DNA from: Leptogorgia sarmentosa
Lineage: Eukaryota
Assembly: GCA_964658305.1 (NCBI GenBank)
Contig: OZ210884.1
Span: 930,001-994,000 of the forward strand
Direction: 5' to 3'
Length of the DNA stretch: 64,000 nucleotides
The notes beneath the pieces were generated by a model. The model saw only the letters and a program-made list of their open reading frames with translations. It had not been told where the DNA came from and did no database searches. Shown piece by piece: positions 42,201 through 57,200 of the stretch (position 1 is its first letter; every line of letters starts with the position of its first letter). Position numbers and translations under genes: made by a program.

Positions 42201-45200
42201 GTTGGTGATCCCATGAACCTTCGAACGATTTGGGCCGTGTAAAGTTCTTCTGTGTGATCTGTCAGTTGACCAAAGTCCCAAACCAGCGGTCTCATACTCT
42301 CTGGCAATGGGTGGACACGATACACAAGTTGTCGGAGTGGAATTGACCCTGGAAAGCAAAGTACAAGAGCATATTCAAGACCTATACTAATGACCTACCA
42401 TATTTCAATTCTGGAAGGTTTCTTTGTGGTAAAATCGAGTTAAAATCTTTTTGACGTTTGGCCAGAAAAGGTAAAAATTCAAACAAATAAATTTGCGGTA
42501 GTAAAAGCGTTTACGCTTGTACATATCAAACAATATTTAACGAATAAATCCACCTATCACATCTACTGCATTTTCACATTGAAGAAATAGAAATAAAATT
42601 GAGTTGGTTTGGTCATGCAGCATCATACTGTTGAACGATGTCAACCAGACTATTGTCAGATACTTTAATTTTGGCAATTGTTCTTCGATACGAAGATTCC
42701 AGCGCTCATTGTCATTTCGCGAAGCAAAAATTATATGAAATTCTGAGGCAAACATGGTAGTAGTAGTAATAAACACATATTAGTTATTCAAAGTTTAGGT
42801 TTTAAGCTGGTGCTTATTTTTCATCTCTGTCTATCAGCATACATTACCTAATTTGTCTTCCGTTTCGTCAGATGAAACATGATAGCCTAAGCCAGCAGAT
42901 TCCAGTTTCTTAATCATTTCCTTTGTGTGCCTAAAACACAATCGTACAAATGAATTTTCCGTCCTTAAAATCATCATGCATTTGTTTCACGAACCCTGGT
43001 GTCCTGCCCAAATGTTCATGAAGCCCGTGATCGTAATATTAACGCAAAATCTTGAATGTATTTGTATCTGTTTTTTTCTATTTTCTGATACAGTATAATT
43101 ATGTCGTCTGCAAACCCGCCAATTTATTTTGAATGTAAATTTTCTCTGCAACTAAGAAACTAGCAGGACAAAGCCCATGTATCAAGCTAAAACTAATTCT
43201 GAACTTATGTATGAACACCCACGTCGTTGTTGTAACGTTCCATTCCTGTTAAGCTATTTCTAGAGGGAAGGAACACCCTTACAAGTCGCGTGGTACCTGA
43301 TTAAATAATGTTCTACATGCAGTCAAGGCAAAATGCTGCAAAAGGCACCCGCGCCTATCCACTCCTTATAAAGAGTACGATTCTATGAAAACGAGTGCGA
43401 GAATCAAGCAGACAGGAGTTACCCTATACCCTGCACGACCACCTCATACGAAATACTTAGACATTGTTCAACTTACTTTCGGTACGGATTACAAGCAGCA
43501 ATAAAGTGCAATCTTGTCAGTTTAGGATTAATATCTCTTCCATTGACTCTTCGATCCACCATGATTTCTTTAATCAGATCAATCGCATCAGTTGTATTGG
43601 CTTCGTCAAAGAACAAAATTGTATCAACGTTTATTGCCTCATTACACAAAGCCAATTTTTCCGCCTCTGTAACTTTCTTTTCGATTTCTGCATAACTCGT
43701 TCCACCATGTACCTATAATCAATAGTGTACGATATGTCAATCGTTCAAAAGCTTTTATCTAAACTATGAACGTTTGGTGATGACGGTCCTTAGTTTTTAG
43801 AACTTGTTTTGAGGCTGTTCGAGTAAAAGACAACAACGAGGAGTTATGAATGAAACTTATTACTGCCGGGCTAGGTTTGGGCGTGGTGTTCCACAAGAAT
43901 CAATACTTGGACCTATTTTCTTCTTGTTTTTTTGCGACATTCCTGAAGTCTTACATAATGCCTGGCTCACATATGCCCGAGGAATACCTACGACGCACTC
44001 ATACACACAAGTGGAACTCCAATCTATTCCGACAAGTCCATACCGCCAACAACGTTAGTAACTGCCTGTAACACTAGCAACAAAACGGCGATGAGTGTCC
44101 TCATTTTCCTGAAGAACATCGCAGATATAGGTCGCAAGGATCGGGCATACGTGAACCAGGCTTAAAACCTATTTACTCGTGTTTGCGAATGATCCCAAGT
44201 GTGTCAGAGATAAATTGAAAGGACGACTGTCCATTTTTCACAATTCGTTTTGGACAATTTACACAGGTGGTCTCTGGCTGAAGAGCTTAATACTTTCCCG
44301 CCATCAAAATGTCATAATTTGGAATCTTGTGAAAGCACTTTAGTTTTCAGTCGAATTATAAATGGCAAACTATGAACAGGTTTCAGAAATGGTAATGTCT
44401 GAACAAGATATTGGTGTCACAATCGGTAAGGGTAGTAGTTTGTGAAAAACTACACATATGTAAAATCAAATAGAGTGTTGGGATTCTTTGAAAGAAATTG
44501 TGGAGAAATATTGGATAGAAAAAGCATTAAAACTGCTTGAACAAACACAAAACTAAGCTTCATTTCCGTTAAAATTTCGAGTATAATCACAGTCGAACTT
44601 GATAATATAATGGTAAAAACAATAGTACAATGAAAAAAAGAGAGAAAAGGTTAAGTTAGGCCAACCTTCATGAGGAGCAAATTTTTCGGTCCATCAGGCC
44701 CAGCTTGGAGTTCACACATGAATCTAATAAGACGAGTTTTGCCACATCCCGTTTCTCCCATGATAATTACTGGTATGCCGCACCTTTTTGGAACAAAAAT
44801 AGCTCATGCTGAATTATTTCAGAGAAACGGAAGTACCCTACAACCTAACCACAGGAAAACCAACCTGAATCGCATGTGAATTGCCAAGATTTTCTCAACA
44901 TTATCTGTGGTGAGTTCGTATGTTGAATCTGGATCGTACAAGTATTCAATTCCCATGACACTGCATAAGTTCTCAATACGTGCCATCCTTCCGTGAAACA
45001 AAATCATTTTGGTTAATTTTTTTGGGATGTATGAATAGAATCACAGAAAAAAATCCCGGTTTAAACTAACCTGTCACGTTTCTCGTAGTTGACATCAAAA
45101 TCAACCCCCTGGTGTTTAAGTTGTTGTCTCAAGGTAGGATCCATCATTTTTGGTACTAAGATCTGAGCGGTTCCAGGATTGAGCAAATCGCCATTTTGAC

Positions 45201-48200
45201 TGAGCAGAAATCCAAGGAAAGTCATGCTGACTCGGTCATGATTGAAAAAGATGTAAGGATGGGGACTGCAAGAAAAATTTTGTTATAAGAGATTTTCATG
45301 AAAGTTAATTGCGACAATTTTTTCAGTTATAAATATTATCATGAAAGTTGTAACAAGTGTGAAGAAAACAACTTCTCATTTCCTATATGATAATATTTAT
45401 CAACTGTAAATATATGATAAGTATGTATATCAGCTTATCGCAGTTCTAACAAAAAGGTTACAACCAGTAGTTGTAATAGTTTTAATGCATTGGGAGCATT
45501 ACAATACTATTGTCACACCACGAATATTTCTTGTTGACAATGCTTTGTTCTGCGAACTTCACGTCAACTGCCAGAGGATTATACATTGAACACAATATTC
45601 TGAATTTCAATTTTAGTCAAGTTGTGCAAAGAAATACCTATTTCAAGTTAACTGGATATACGTTTTTTTACCTTAATTCCCAGCGTCTTCGAATCTGAAA
45701 TGGAGCTAAATCATCTTCCTCTTCTGTAGATGCTTCCTCGACACCCAAGTTATTGTCACTCAATGATCTGGTGGCAAAATCCTAGAACACAAGAACATAT
45801 TATATCCATATTATATACTACACATTGTCCTTGACCACAAAATTATCAAACCCAATTTGAGGACATTTGAATTCAGTTAACGAGACAACATGTCTAACGA
45901 GACAGCACGTGTCGGGAATAGCACCGAACCACAGAAGATCACCGTTTATTCAAAATTGATTTAGCATATTCTAATTTAACTACACCATAGAAAATTTAGT
46001 CTCATAAACACCAACTTTGAAAACCTCGACCCAAAATAATTCAGTTGAAATACGTGAAGGAGAAAATCCAGCTCAAATCTCATTATTTGTCATCACTCGA
46101 TACCAACCGGTATCGATTCCTTTACAATATCATCCGTCGATACCAACCGGTTTAGAAAACATACTTTGCTGTGGTTCGTGAGATACTTACACGAGACATC
46201 TGAATCATGAAACGAACTGTGAATGTTCTGAATCCTTGAAGAAGATCACCGACCAACAATGGATTACAGAAAACGCTGTCCTCGCAGTCACGAAGCTGGA
46301 CGTTCAGAAAGTTTACAAAGTGATAAAGTTCAGCCCAAGATGGATCACGGATTCCACAATATCTAAAAGTTAATTTGCCAGATTTAAACGAGTAGCGATG
46401 TATGTTACACCTAACCACATTCTGTTTGGATTCAATGAAACAATTGTACGTGTAAATATTAACGAAACGCATATCTTAAAAGCACTTATAATGTATTTTT
46501 GTCTTCATTCGATCAACATTTTTAAACCGGCGAAATTTTGGAAAATTCATCAAATTTTTAGCCGACTTTTGGAAAAGTTTTGCCAGCTGAGGAAAACGAA
46601 AAGCTCTGTGATTAGCTGCAAAAATTTCAAAAGTTTAGTCAGCCAATCACATCATCACAATCTTCGTCAGCTGAGCCATAACAGAACTTTTCTTCGTCAG
46701 CTGGGCCAATCACAGAGCCTTTCCTTATGACGCATCGTTTTGAATTTCAAATTATTTAGATGAAGGGTAGTAAATGTTGTTCTTACTGGATGATAATTTT
46801 CAAAGCATCATCTGGGTCGCCGATGGAAACCTGAGGTTCGTAAATAAACGAAAACTGATCCAAGTTCGATCCTGCTGCAAACTGGGTGAGATACTGAAAT
46901 GTTCGTTGGTATTCTTCACTTTGGAACTTTTCCATGTCAAATCCTGTGTCACCTGTTAAATTGTTGTGTAAAAGTTCTTTCAAACTCCAATGTATTGAAG
47001 TACAGTGATGTTGGCTGGGATGATGGGGGGGGGGGAGGGGAGGGGGGGGGAGAGGAGCAGGGTCATATTCATAGACATTCGTATTTTGCACAATTAATTT
47101 GCTTTTGAAATCGATTGTTTTTACAATGTGTGAGCATGAATATATGAAAGTGCCCCCCCCCCCCCCCCAATGGGATCTACCGGTGTCAGTATAACTGCCC
47201 CAATGGCGGGGTGTTTGTTATATCATACAAACACGTTAATTATACAGATCGTTACAAATGGATAGTGTCAGTATTACCTCTTCTGTTTTGCTGTATGTTA
47301 TCCAATGTTTCTCTGGGAGTCAGGCAATGTGTTCGAGGAAGAAATTTTAAAAACGAGTACTTGCTTGTTGCAAGTCGTTTTCTCGTATTCTGTAAGAAAG
47401 AAAAACTATCATCGCATGCACAGTATCTGTACCAAAAAATATTTGAAAGATTGTTGTCTCCAAAACCCATATTGTAGGTTACACAACACAGAAATTAAAC
47501 CGCTGTGATTTCTGAAGTAAATGATTTATAGTATATAGTATAATAAAATGTCTGTGGAGGGATTTTGTCCAAGCACATTTAAGGACATATCATGCAAAAT
47601 ATACTATCGACTATCCTACTATTTCACCTTTTTTTCACATTCGATATGAGCGTAGAAATATTTGGGATTCTTTTTAAAATTGCAGTAATTCCGAATGTAG
47701 TAGTGCAGTACCTTTTGAAACACTTTCGTTGATAGCCTAGTATAAATGCGTTTTCCGATTGGACGAACAACCATAACAGAGCAATGTAGACGTGTATGAA
47801 AGATACCCAGCGAATGCCTACCTGGCTGTGGTTTGCTTCTAAGCCATCTTCAGCTGTTAATGTTTCAAACGTTTTGTCTGTAGTAATTTCAACGACATAC
47901 ATATCAGTCGGTTTTCTTCTCCAAACATTCCCGCTGTGATCTTTCACGGATCGCAAGATGACCAGTTTAAACAGGAAATTGTCCAGCCCTTTTACAACCT
48001 TATAATGAAGTCATGAAAGGAGTATTACGAAACGAGATTGGTAACTATTCGTAATCGTTCAAATCTTATTCTGCAATAACACAACTGATCCTATACTTTG
48101 CATCAGTTATAAAATTAACAGTTAACATTACCTTAGTTAGATTAAACAGTATATATGGACAAGTTACATGCCAATAATTACGTAACTAGGGATCCAAGGA

Positions 48201-51200
48201 TAGTGCAAAGTTTCTAAGGTCCGTTTCAGGCCTAGGTCAAACGTTGAACTTTTCATGTGCCGAACCTAATGTTAATGAGCCAAGTTCTTTGTTTGAGCTC
48301 ATTTGCATTAGGTTCGGCGCATGAAAAGTTCGACGTTTGACCTAGGCCTCATACGTCGAATTTTGGTCGCATCGAATGCAATTCAAACACTGGATAATGA
48401 AGTTAGTCATCTCATTATTCATTGTTTGAATTGCATTCGATGCGTCCAAATTTCCACGTTTGAAACGGGCCTGAGAAGACATTAAAATCATATTTTGAAA
48501 ATAATCACTATTTTATTGTCAGAAAGCAACTGGCAGTCGCAGCAGCGCGCGTGTTAAAAGCAAATCAGATAAATCTCTGACCTCTGACCTTTTTAAAATA
48601 CATACACATCGTACTGATACTTCTGCGTCGTAACAAAATATCCAGTTTATTCACAGTATCAGGCCAACGTTAAATTTACTTTTGTATGCCTGTATATGGT
48701 TTAGTTCTTATAGTATCGAAAATTCTGTAAATCCCCGGTAGAAACAAACAACCGCGAGGCCGGAAGACGGGAAGAGTCGAAGACGGCGAAAACAAACACG
48801 AAAGCTATAAATGCGAAAGCTCGCAAATATGTTGGCTATGACAACCATATTAACTAAATACGATACAAAATTATGGCTATCTTGTTATGACGAGTTCTAC
48901 TGTGCTACACATCTGAGTTTGCCCGCTATTTGCGAATTGCGATGGCAATGTCGGCCAACTAAATGTTTTAATATAATACGCACGGCGGCAGTTAACAGTA
49001 GCTATTTTAAATTGTGCATGACGAGCCAAATACAAGTTTTCTACTAATAATGATAATAAATTCAAATCTCTAGATTCATTGCTGATATATAAAGGACATT
49101 TTAACTGCTTTATCAACGTATTCAGACATGTTGGCCACATTATATTATCATCATAGTGAATTACTGATTCACGATCCCACTCTTAGCGTCCGCCATATTG
49201 TGTAATTTCATTCCCCAGACATGTGCTGAGTTGCAATTTTTGCAAAAACTTAAATTCCGGAGGGGCTTCCGCCATTGTGTACTGTATAATGTGCGCTTCT
49301 TTGATCACATTTCTCATCTAACTAACTTTCGTATCGATGAGAACAACTGCAAATAATGATAAGCAATGATATATAACTGCAATCGAATCATTTTTGTTCA
49401 AACATTCCAAGGATATCACTCATATCAGTCAACTACGGAGTTTCGCATATCAGAAGAATTTGGGACGCTCCCCCCGGAGTTTACACTATGAATGAATCGC
49501 TGAATAGCTGAATCGCTGAATCGCTGATGTGAATTTTCGCCCCTCATCACAATACTGCAAAGTTAAACTTTGCACTAAAAATGAGGATAGAACAGGGCTT
49601 ATACCTACGTGTTTGGTAGTTGATGGTAGTTAACTCTATAATGCTTCATTTTGATTGGTTAACTTTCGCACTAGGTGTAGTTAACTTTTACTACGTTGCT
49701 ACTAACCGACTGAGACATGTCCAGATGAAAAATTCTCGAGACAGGAACATCTCTTTCCACAGCGTGAGAAAGAAGAGTGCTGGTAACGCGATCACTATCC
49801 ACAGAAATTCCATGTACAGGAATGGTAGGACTTAGAGACGGCACCAAATTTTCGCGAAGTTTTTTGTTATTGGGAAGATTAATCACTTGATCTGCCAAAT
49901 GTTTTACTATCAAACTTTTCCCCATGCCAGCTCTGGACGATTGGACCACACGAACAGATAGGCTTGAAAAATAACAAACAATGAACATTCTAGTTGTGGA
50001 CAATGATGTATATTTTGCACAGAAACAAATGCAGGTTTTAAAAGTGCACCCGGTAAAACGTCGATACTGCATGGACAAAAAGTATTGATAAAACGAATTC
50101 GCGATTCGCGAAGCAAGCAATTTATGGTCATGCAAGGCAAATTTTACTATTATTCTGTCAATGAACACAATAATATTTGGACAGCAAAACGGGATTGTCG
50201 GGCTGGCTCCGCCAATGTTGTATATAATAATGTTATTTACCGGCTGGGACAGGATAGTAAAATATTTTGTCGAGGTCTCAAAAACGGCCCAAGGCCGAAG
50301 GCGGAGGGACATTTTTGAGACTGAGACAAAATATTTTTCTACCCGGACCGACCTAAATGGTAAATAACGGATTTATTTTTTACTGCGCAATGCTATAATG
50401 ATCAAATTCATAACAAACTCCAGTGTAGTGAAATAGATTTGAGATCAGTTGTGTTTGTTTACTTTGTCACTCAATCGCAAGTATGGCTAGTTTCCGATAT
50501 ATATTGCAATTTTTTGCCATTAAAAGAAACCATTGAACTATACAGTTCAATGAAAGAAACATATAAAAGATGTTTGACTTACTTCGGCCATTACGTATTT
50601 AGGATTCCGGACCGCGGTCAAATATCGTAAAATTTCCCCCGCTGCTGCAGCCAATCAGATTGCAGAAAACGCTAGGACTCCGCCCGCTGCTGATTTAGCC
50701 ACAAAAAAATAAAAATTACTTACTTTTCCATGTCAACAGAAGCAGCGGGTTCCCATTTAGTATCGCCCACCATTGTACCATCTGAAACCAACAGCTGCCT
50801 TTTCAAATTATTCTTTATCGCTCTCATTGATGTGACTGGAGGAAACGGACGACGAAACTGGTCCAAGGACGCAACCATGTTTGACTTGTCTTCATTTTCA
50901 ATGCTACAAATCACGACCATGTGATATTCTAAGAGTAAACAGGAATAATTAAGTTGAAGCTTATTATAAAATTCATTTTATATGCGACCATACAACTTGA
51001 AAGGCCCGTCTACAGTGGCGGTTCTTGCTACGATTTTAGGTGCGATTTTCTTATTTTAAAAGATGTGAAGGAGTTGATCAGTTATAAGTGTTCCATGTGA
51101 TGAAATCTCGTAACAACATTGATGAGTAATCTGCTCCTTCACATCGTTCAAAAGGAGAAAGTCGCTCCCAAATCGCAGCTAAAATCGCCGGTGTAAACAG

Positions 51201-54200
51201 TAGATAAGGCACAAAAGACACAACCCTATTTAAACAAGGAAAAACTTCAGGGGAAAAACTTCCGGGGAAAAACTTCAATACATAATGCATACTTACTGGA
51301 ATGGCCTTGTGTCAACAGTTCTAAGGAACGGACAGCTTGTTGGCTGACGTCATAGTCCAGTAGATCAGCGTTAACCACACAAAACAACAGACCACGTTCA
51401 TCAACAACTGCACGTCGCCAAAGTAATTCGATCTAATAATACAATTGTGTCAGCAATAATTCAATACAGTAGGAACGCTGCGTTTTGATATATAAATATG
51501 TATGGCATTGAAATCTGTATTGCCTACATAATGCCTTTAATAATGAGACCAATCTACCTCTTCAGCCGTAGTATTTTCGTCACAGACAATCACTTCCTCA
51601 TCAGTTGGTAAAGGTTGATTTCCAGTTCCCATGAAGAGGGACAAAACACAACCAAACACTTCGCCTGAAACGAATTAATCCACACACTGTAAGTCTCTGT
51701 AATTATCGTTGTTTCAAATCTTTTCGAGAAATTGGTATTAATATCAACAACACTGTTGTGGAGCAAGAGTCTGGCTTCCGCTCTCAACATTCTACCGAAA
51801 CTGTCTTGCTTAGCTCCACAAACAAATGGTCGCTGAATATGGATAAAGGCCTATTTACTGGACTTTTATTCCTAGATCTTAAAAAAGCCTTTGATACTGT
51901 TGACTATGTAATACCACTTGCTAAACTTGAAAAATATGACATCCAAGAGAATAGTAAAAACCTTCAATGGTTTAAGTCCTATTTTAAAGGTAGGGTGTAG
52001 CTACATTTGTTTAGTTTGTGGTAAGATATCAGCAGGAAGACAAATCAATTGTGGGGTGACAAGGGTTCTAATCCCATTCTAATTCGCTTATACATAAATG
52101 ACCTCCCAAATAGCTTAAAAATGTCAAAACCTATTTTCTGATATTATACAAATGGACATTCGAAAATTAGCTTAAGTATAAACACTGAATGGGCTACCGC
52201 GTTCAAAGGATTTTAATAAATAAATAAAGACACAAATTATAGCAAGAGAATAAACCATTAGCTTTACCCATTCAACCGAAGTACACCGAAATTTCTTTCG
52301 GCTGTTACTAGAACAGACGAGGACAAGAATTTTTAAAGACCTATTGCGAAAACTTAATACACACTTCATAGCGTTAACTCGAGCATTGCTTATATACGAA
52401 AATGGCGGGTACACGTACAGTGAAGTGCTACAAAATCTTATTGATTTACCATCAACCCATTTCTGGGCATCACCATCCTAATTCACTTTAATTACGCTTA
52501 CTTTCGTCAGGTACGTCCACAGCCTAGTAGTCAAAGCAACAGGCGTAGGTTCGATTTCCGTCGGTATACCTTGTGCTGGTGGAATGTTTCTCAGTTGTTC
52601 TTTATATTTCAACATGTGCATAAGAGCTTGTACTAAGAACATTTAACCCTCCCCCAAACAAACGTATATTCTTACATACCTTTGGAAACGAGTAATAAGT
52701 TTGGTTCACCTTCTTTCAAGACTTGTGGTAACTTCCGATGAATATTTTCGTACTCTGGAGAATTGAATAAAGTGGTACGTCATCAAACACAACACAACAC
52801 AACAGAACAACACATATTTTTCACTGGTGTGTTGAGGAACATTATCAGACTAATAGCAATAAACATAACAAAATACCCTGGAAACACTTCTCTTTGAAAC
52901 ATCTGAATTAACAAGACTAGTAATATTTCATACTGGGGGATACACAGAATATTCCAATCAATAGAGTTCGACAAGCGCGAAACTGCCACCATCCAAAATT
53001 TAAAAAGTTATTTACGAAATTAACTACTTTATGAAATGCGTGGTTTACATGAATACTTCTACCTGATTCCGAAAGTTTCTCTAAAATGGCTGCTAGAACT
53101 TCCAACGCGAGATATGTATCTTTTTCGTTATTTACGTACGGTTGTTCCAACTTCTGGGCAATTACTGGTCTTGCAATTTCCCTACAACAATACAAACATT
53201 GCTCTCAGCATTCATAAATATGTGTGACATTTCAGAAAAAGTTAACCCTAACCTAACTCAACCGTGACTCTGTCAATCACATGAACATGTTCCTAAACTG
53301 TTCCAATGTTGTGCCACAAGTAGGTGTCTTGTTTGTTGCGACTTAACCCTAAAATATGTCATGCAGTCATTTTCTCGTCATTTCGCTGGGTTACCCCCGT
53401 TTTTGTGGAGAACATTGTGTCACGGTACAATATCTATCTGACCAATTTTAAAAGAATTGTGAAACCAAATTTGAATTTGAAATAACATGTTATACAATTT
53501 TCGATTTCTAGAAAGCACCATCTCCTCGAAGAGTTTACATTTCAATATGGCCTGTAGGGAGATGCCTTCAAACAGCCACGTTTACCTTTCGTGTGAAGTT
53601 ATTCTACTCGAAATTGGAATTTTTTCTTCATCATTCACAGTCTGGCATTCCGGACCGAAGACTTCCTTCACCAGATCTGACAGGCGCGTATTCTTCTTCG
53701 CTTTTTCACATGACCTCTTAACAGTTTCTTCGTCATCGTTTTCATGAGAAACAACCCAGAAAATAAGTTCGTCTTCTGTTGCACGCCGGCCGCATTCATG
53801 TAAAGCAGCTAATAAAAATTCGTCGGTATTTATGTCCAAAGACATAGCCTCAAGGGTTTCTTTTGCGCTGGTGAGAGTTTCAATCGAATTAGCTCGTCTT
53901 CGCCTGCTTGGCTGAATCACATCCATTTCTTCTTCTATACTTTCATCCGAAATGCTTCCACCTTCTTCCTCGTTTGCAAAATATTTTTGTTCATCTTTGA
54001 AACATTCTTCGGTCAAAAATATCGAGTTGTCAGGTATCGTCGTCCTTAGAACATCAGCAAGGAGCAAAGGATCGATGGTCTTGTTGACAGTTTCTAGCAG
54101 CATAAAAGTCTGGAATGGGAGTTTATCTACCGCCACCTCGCCAGTGCAAGCGTTCGCCAACTCCTTCCTCAAGTTCAAAATCTGTTTCATCGTAAAATGA

Positions 54201-57200
54201 TTTAAAGAGTAACAGCCACGCCTTTTACCATTTATAGTTTCTTTCCATTCCTTCAAATCGCTTTCCATTGTATCACAAGTTTCATTAATTTCCTGCAACA
54301 TCTCATCTCTACGGCCTTCGTTTTTGCTGCATTGAAATTTTCTTTTCCATGTTAGATAGTTGATTTCCCCAACCTCACAAAGTTGCACGTATAAATCACT
54401 CACTCTGAGTATTCCTTCGAAAACCTGAAAACACAGTTAATATTACTTGAAATGGTCATGTAATTCTTCATGGTCATGATATATCATTACGTGTTTCGTA
54501 TATGCATGGTATGTTATATATCATATCACAAAGAAAACAATGAAAAAACAATATGTTCTTCCAGTAAGAAGAAAGACCATCTCTAAAGCCACAATTTTAA
54601 TAAAAATTTAGTACAGCCAAAATGTGGGAAAACACACCTCATTAAATTGGTCAACCTCCTCTTTTCCACTTTCTGCCTTTCCAGCAATCAGCATTAGTTT
54701 ACTTTGAACATCCTTAATTTCATCCAAGCTATAAACCTTTTTTTCTCGATTCTTAACTTCGTCTTCAGGAACAACAAGGCAGACCAAATTTTCAAGACAC
54801 GATTTTTCCTTATTGCTCAAAGGCTTATTTATTTCGCTGTCTGCTATGAAGTAAATACCAGTCGAATTGATCGCTTCAACTTGAACCATGGTGGTAAGAG
54901 CGACAGAACCATGCGACTCCTTGATTTGCTTCAACCACGATAGCCCTCTTTGAGTTGTAACCTTAAATAATGGAGATACATTGCAAAAGATGTTATTCGT
55001 TGAATTTGGCGTCAATAATAGCTACTTGTAATTTTAATAATTCTCATGACTCAGCAATTTTGGCAACATTTCCAAACAACACTTATATACAAATAAACAG
55101 TACGTACACAAGTAATCACAATTTTATAAAATGAATATTAATTGCATTTGCAATCATGTAGATTGTCACGTGCTGTTTACGTTTAATAATGAATTTCGTT
55201 TTTATTTCGGTAAAATAGAACCGTTCCTAACAAACAAACAAGAATCACGGTTTTTGCCATTTGATTTACTAAGCTACACGTTATCTATTGATTATGGATT
55301 AGCCACACAGCAAGATTTTAGCTCACCAATTGATCGTCAATTTTTTGATTTGCGTCAACAGCTTGCCATACAGGTTCGCAAAGTTCCATCAACTCTTTGA
55401 AGCCATGAGTCGATTTGTAACCAAATATCAATGATCCAAACCCAAGACAACTGGTGTGCATACGAGAAATTTTATCAATTTCCATATCATCTTCTCCAGC
55501 AGAAATCATCGCCAAATCAACAAACACCTTAAGTTCTTGTTCATCTAAAAAAAGTTGAAAAGATAAATATATTGAACTGAAAAAATGTCAATTGAAAGGA
55601 ATGAGCGTGAATAAAACAGATATACTGGGGGTAATTCGCCTGAGCTAAACGAGATGAATCTCATCTAATAAAATATAATCAAGGTCTTGTTTGTCGTTGT
55701 CTAAATTGACATCGGTTGACAACAGGGTGCTGTGCTTCACACAGTATTTTTGGCACCTCAAGCATCGTCCTTATTCGGTCTTATTATCTTCATTCGGTCG
55801 ATCTTATAATTATCTCCCTTTTGAAAATAATTGAGCATAAAATATATGGACCACAATCGCTCAAACTGAAAAAAACTGGTGGAGAATAAAATTGGGAGAG
55901 CCAAGCATTTGCCTGAGACCGGGAATATGATATGACGTTAGTGCATGGAATTGTGGTATCGCGACATTTACACCTTCCAAGGATAAGCAAAGAGAGGAGA
56001 TATGGAAAAAAAGGTTAAAAACTCAGAAGAAACGTAATTTAGAATTATTATGGTGGAAGAAAGTGTTGATTAAAATGGGGGGAAACAGCGCTTTAAAATT
56101 TTCGTAAAGTTATCTAGAATTATTTTGTAGACTGTCTTGAAGCTACATATGTGGAATTATAGAAATAGGTGATTTAAAAATGATTTAATAGAAGAGATCT
56201 TTCTGTTTCTGTAGTTGTATACAACCACCCCTTACCTTTTATGCTTTCTCTTAACCAAGTAACTAATTCAAAACATTCGGTAAATTTCATTAAACAACGT
56301 CGCCTTGTTGGTGTTATCCTCTCCAACAGTTTTCCAGCTTTAAGCAGCTCGTCACTCACAGATTTGATGGCATTATCTTTGAAGTTCCCACTGATAATCT
56401 GGGAGGAAATCAATAAACGTTGTTCAAAGAGATAGTGCACATACATACACGTATTACTTTGCATTATTAAAAATATAGGTGGTTTGCCAGGTTTAATGTA
56501 GAGGCGCGGCAGGTATCGGTGGAGAGGTTGAATGTGACGTCGAGGTAGATGACGATTAATAGGTTCGATTGAGTGGTGATTTTTAGGCCAAATATTAATG
56601 TATCAAATAGACGTTTGTTAATGTATGAAATAGTTTGATAGTGAAAACCATGAGTTAAAGAATTACAAGAATTACAGGAGCTTTTGTCTTTGGAGTTCGG
56701 AGATTTACCACAAGCATGCAATATAAATTCATTACAGTGAAAAGTAACTTGAGCCTGCGATACACTAACACGAACTCGATTTCTTGACGACGAAAACAGA
56801 AAATTAGCCATTTAAGACATTTGACCTTTCAGGTCAGCGTAATAAAAATAAAATATAATAGGTGAGAAAAAGCATATCTGCTCATAGTCAACTCGCCTTC
56901 GCTGTCTAATTGTTAAATGTCGTAATAAAGTTGAAAAATCGGCACCACAATTTTGTGCCTTGTTTTTAAATAACTCAAATCTTAAATTTACAATATGATG
57001 ATATTCGGAGTTTGTTTCGTCTTATATTTCATCAAATTGTCCGCGGGAAAGGATTTTAGACAATGCCGAATAAAACGTTTGGTCGTTGTTCATTGTTCGT
57101 TCGAGTGACAGAACATTCCATACCTGAAAAAAGCCCCTATTTTTACCGCTCACACCTCATTCAAAGCGGCTATAAAACTAATAAAAGCAGCCTAAAATGG

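Noticed and set aside
49963..50312. N-terminal part of the 213-aa ORF as coding
   Set aside because: It lies upstream of the AG acceptor at 49963-49964 and overlaps repeat sequence.
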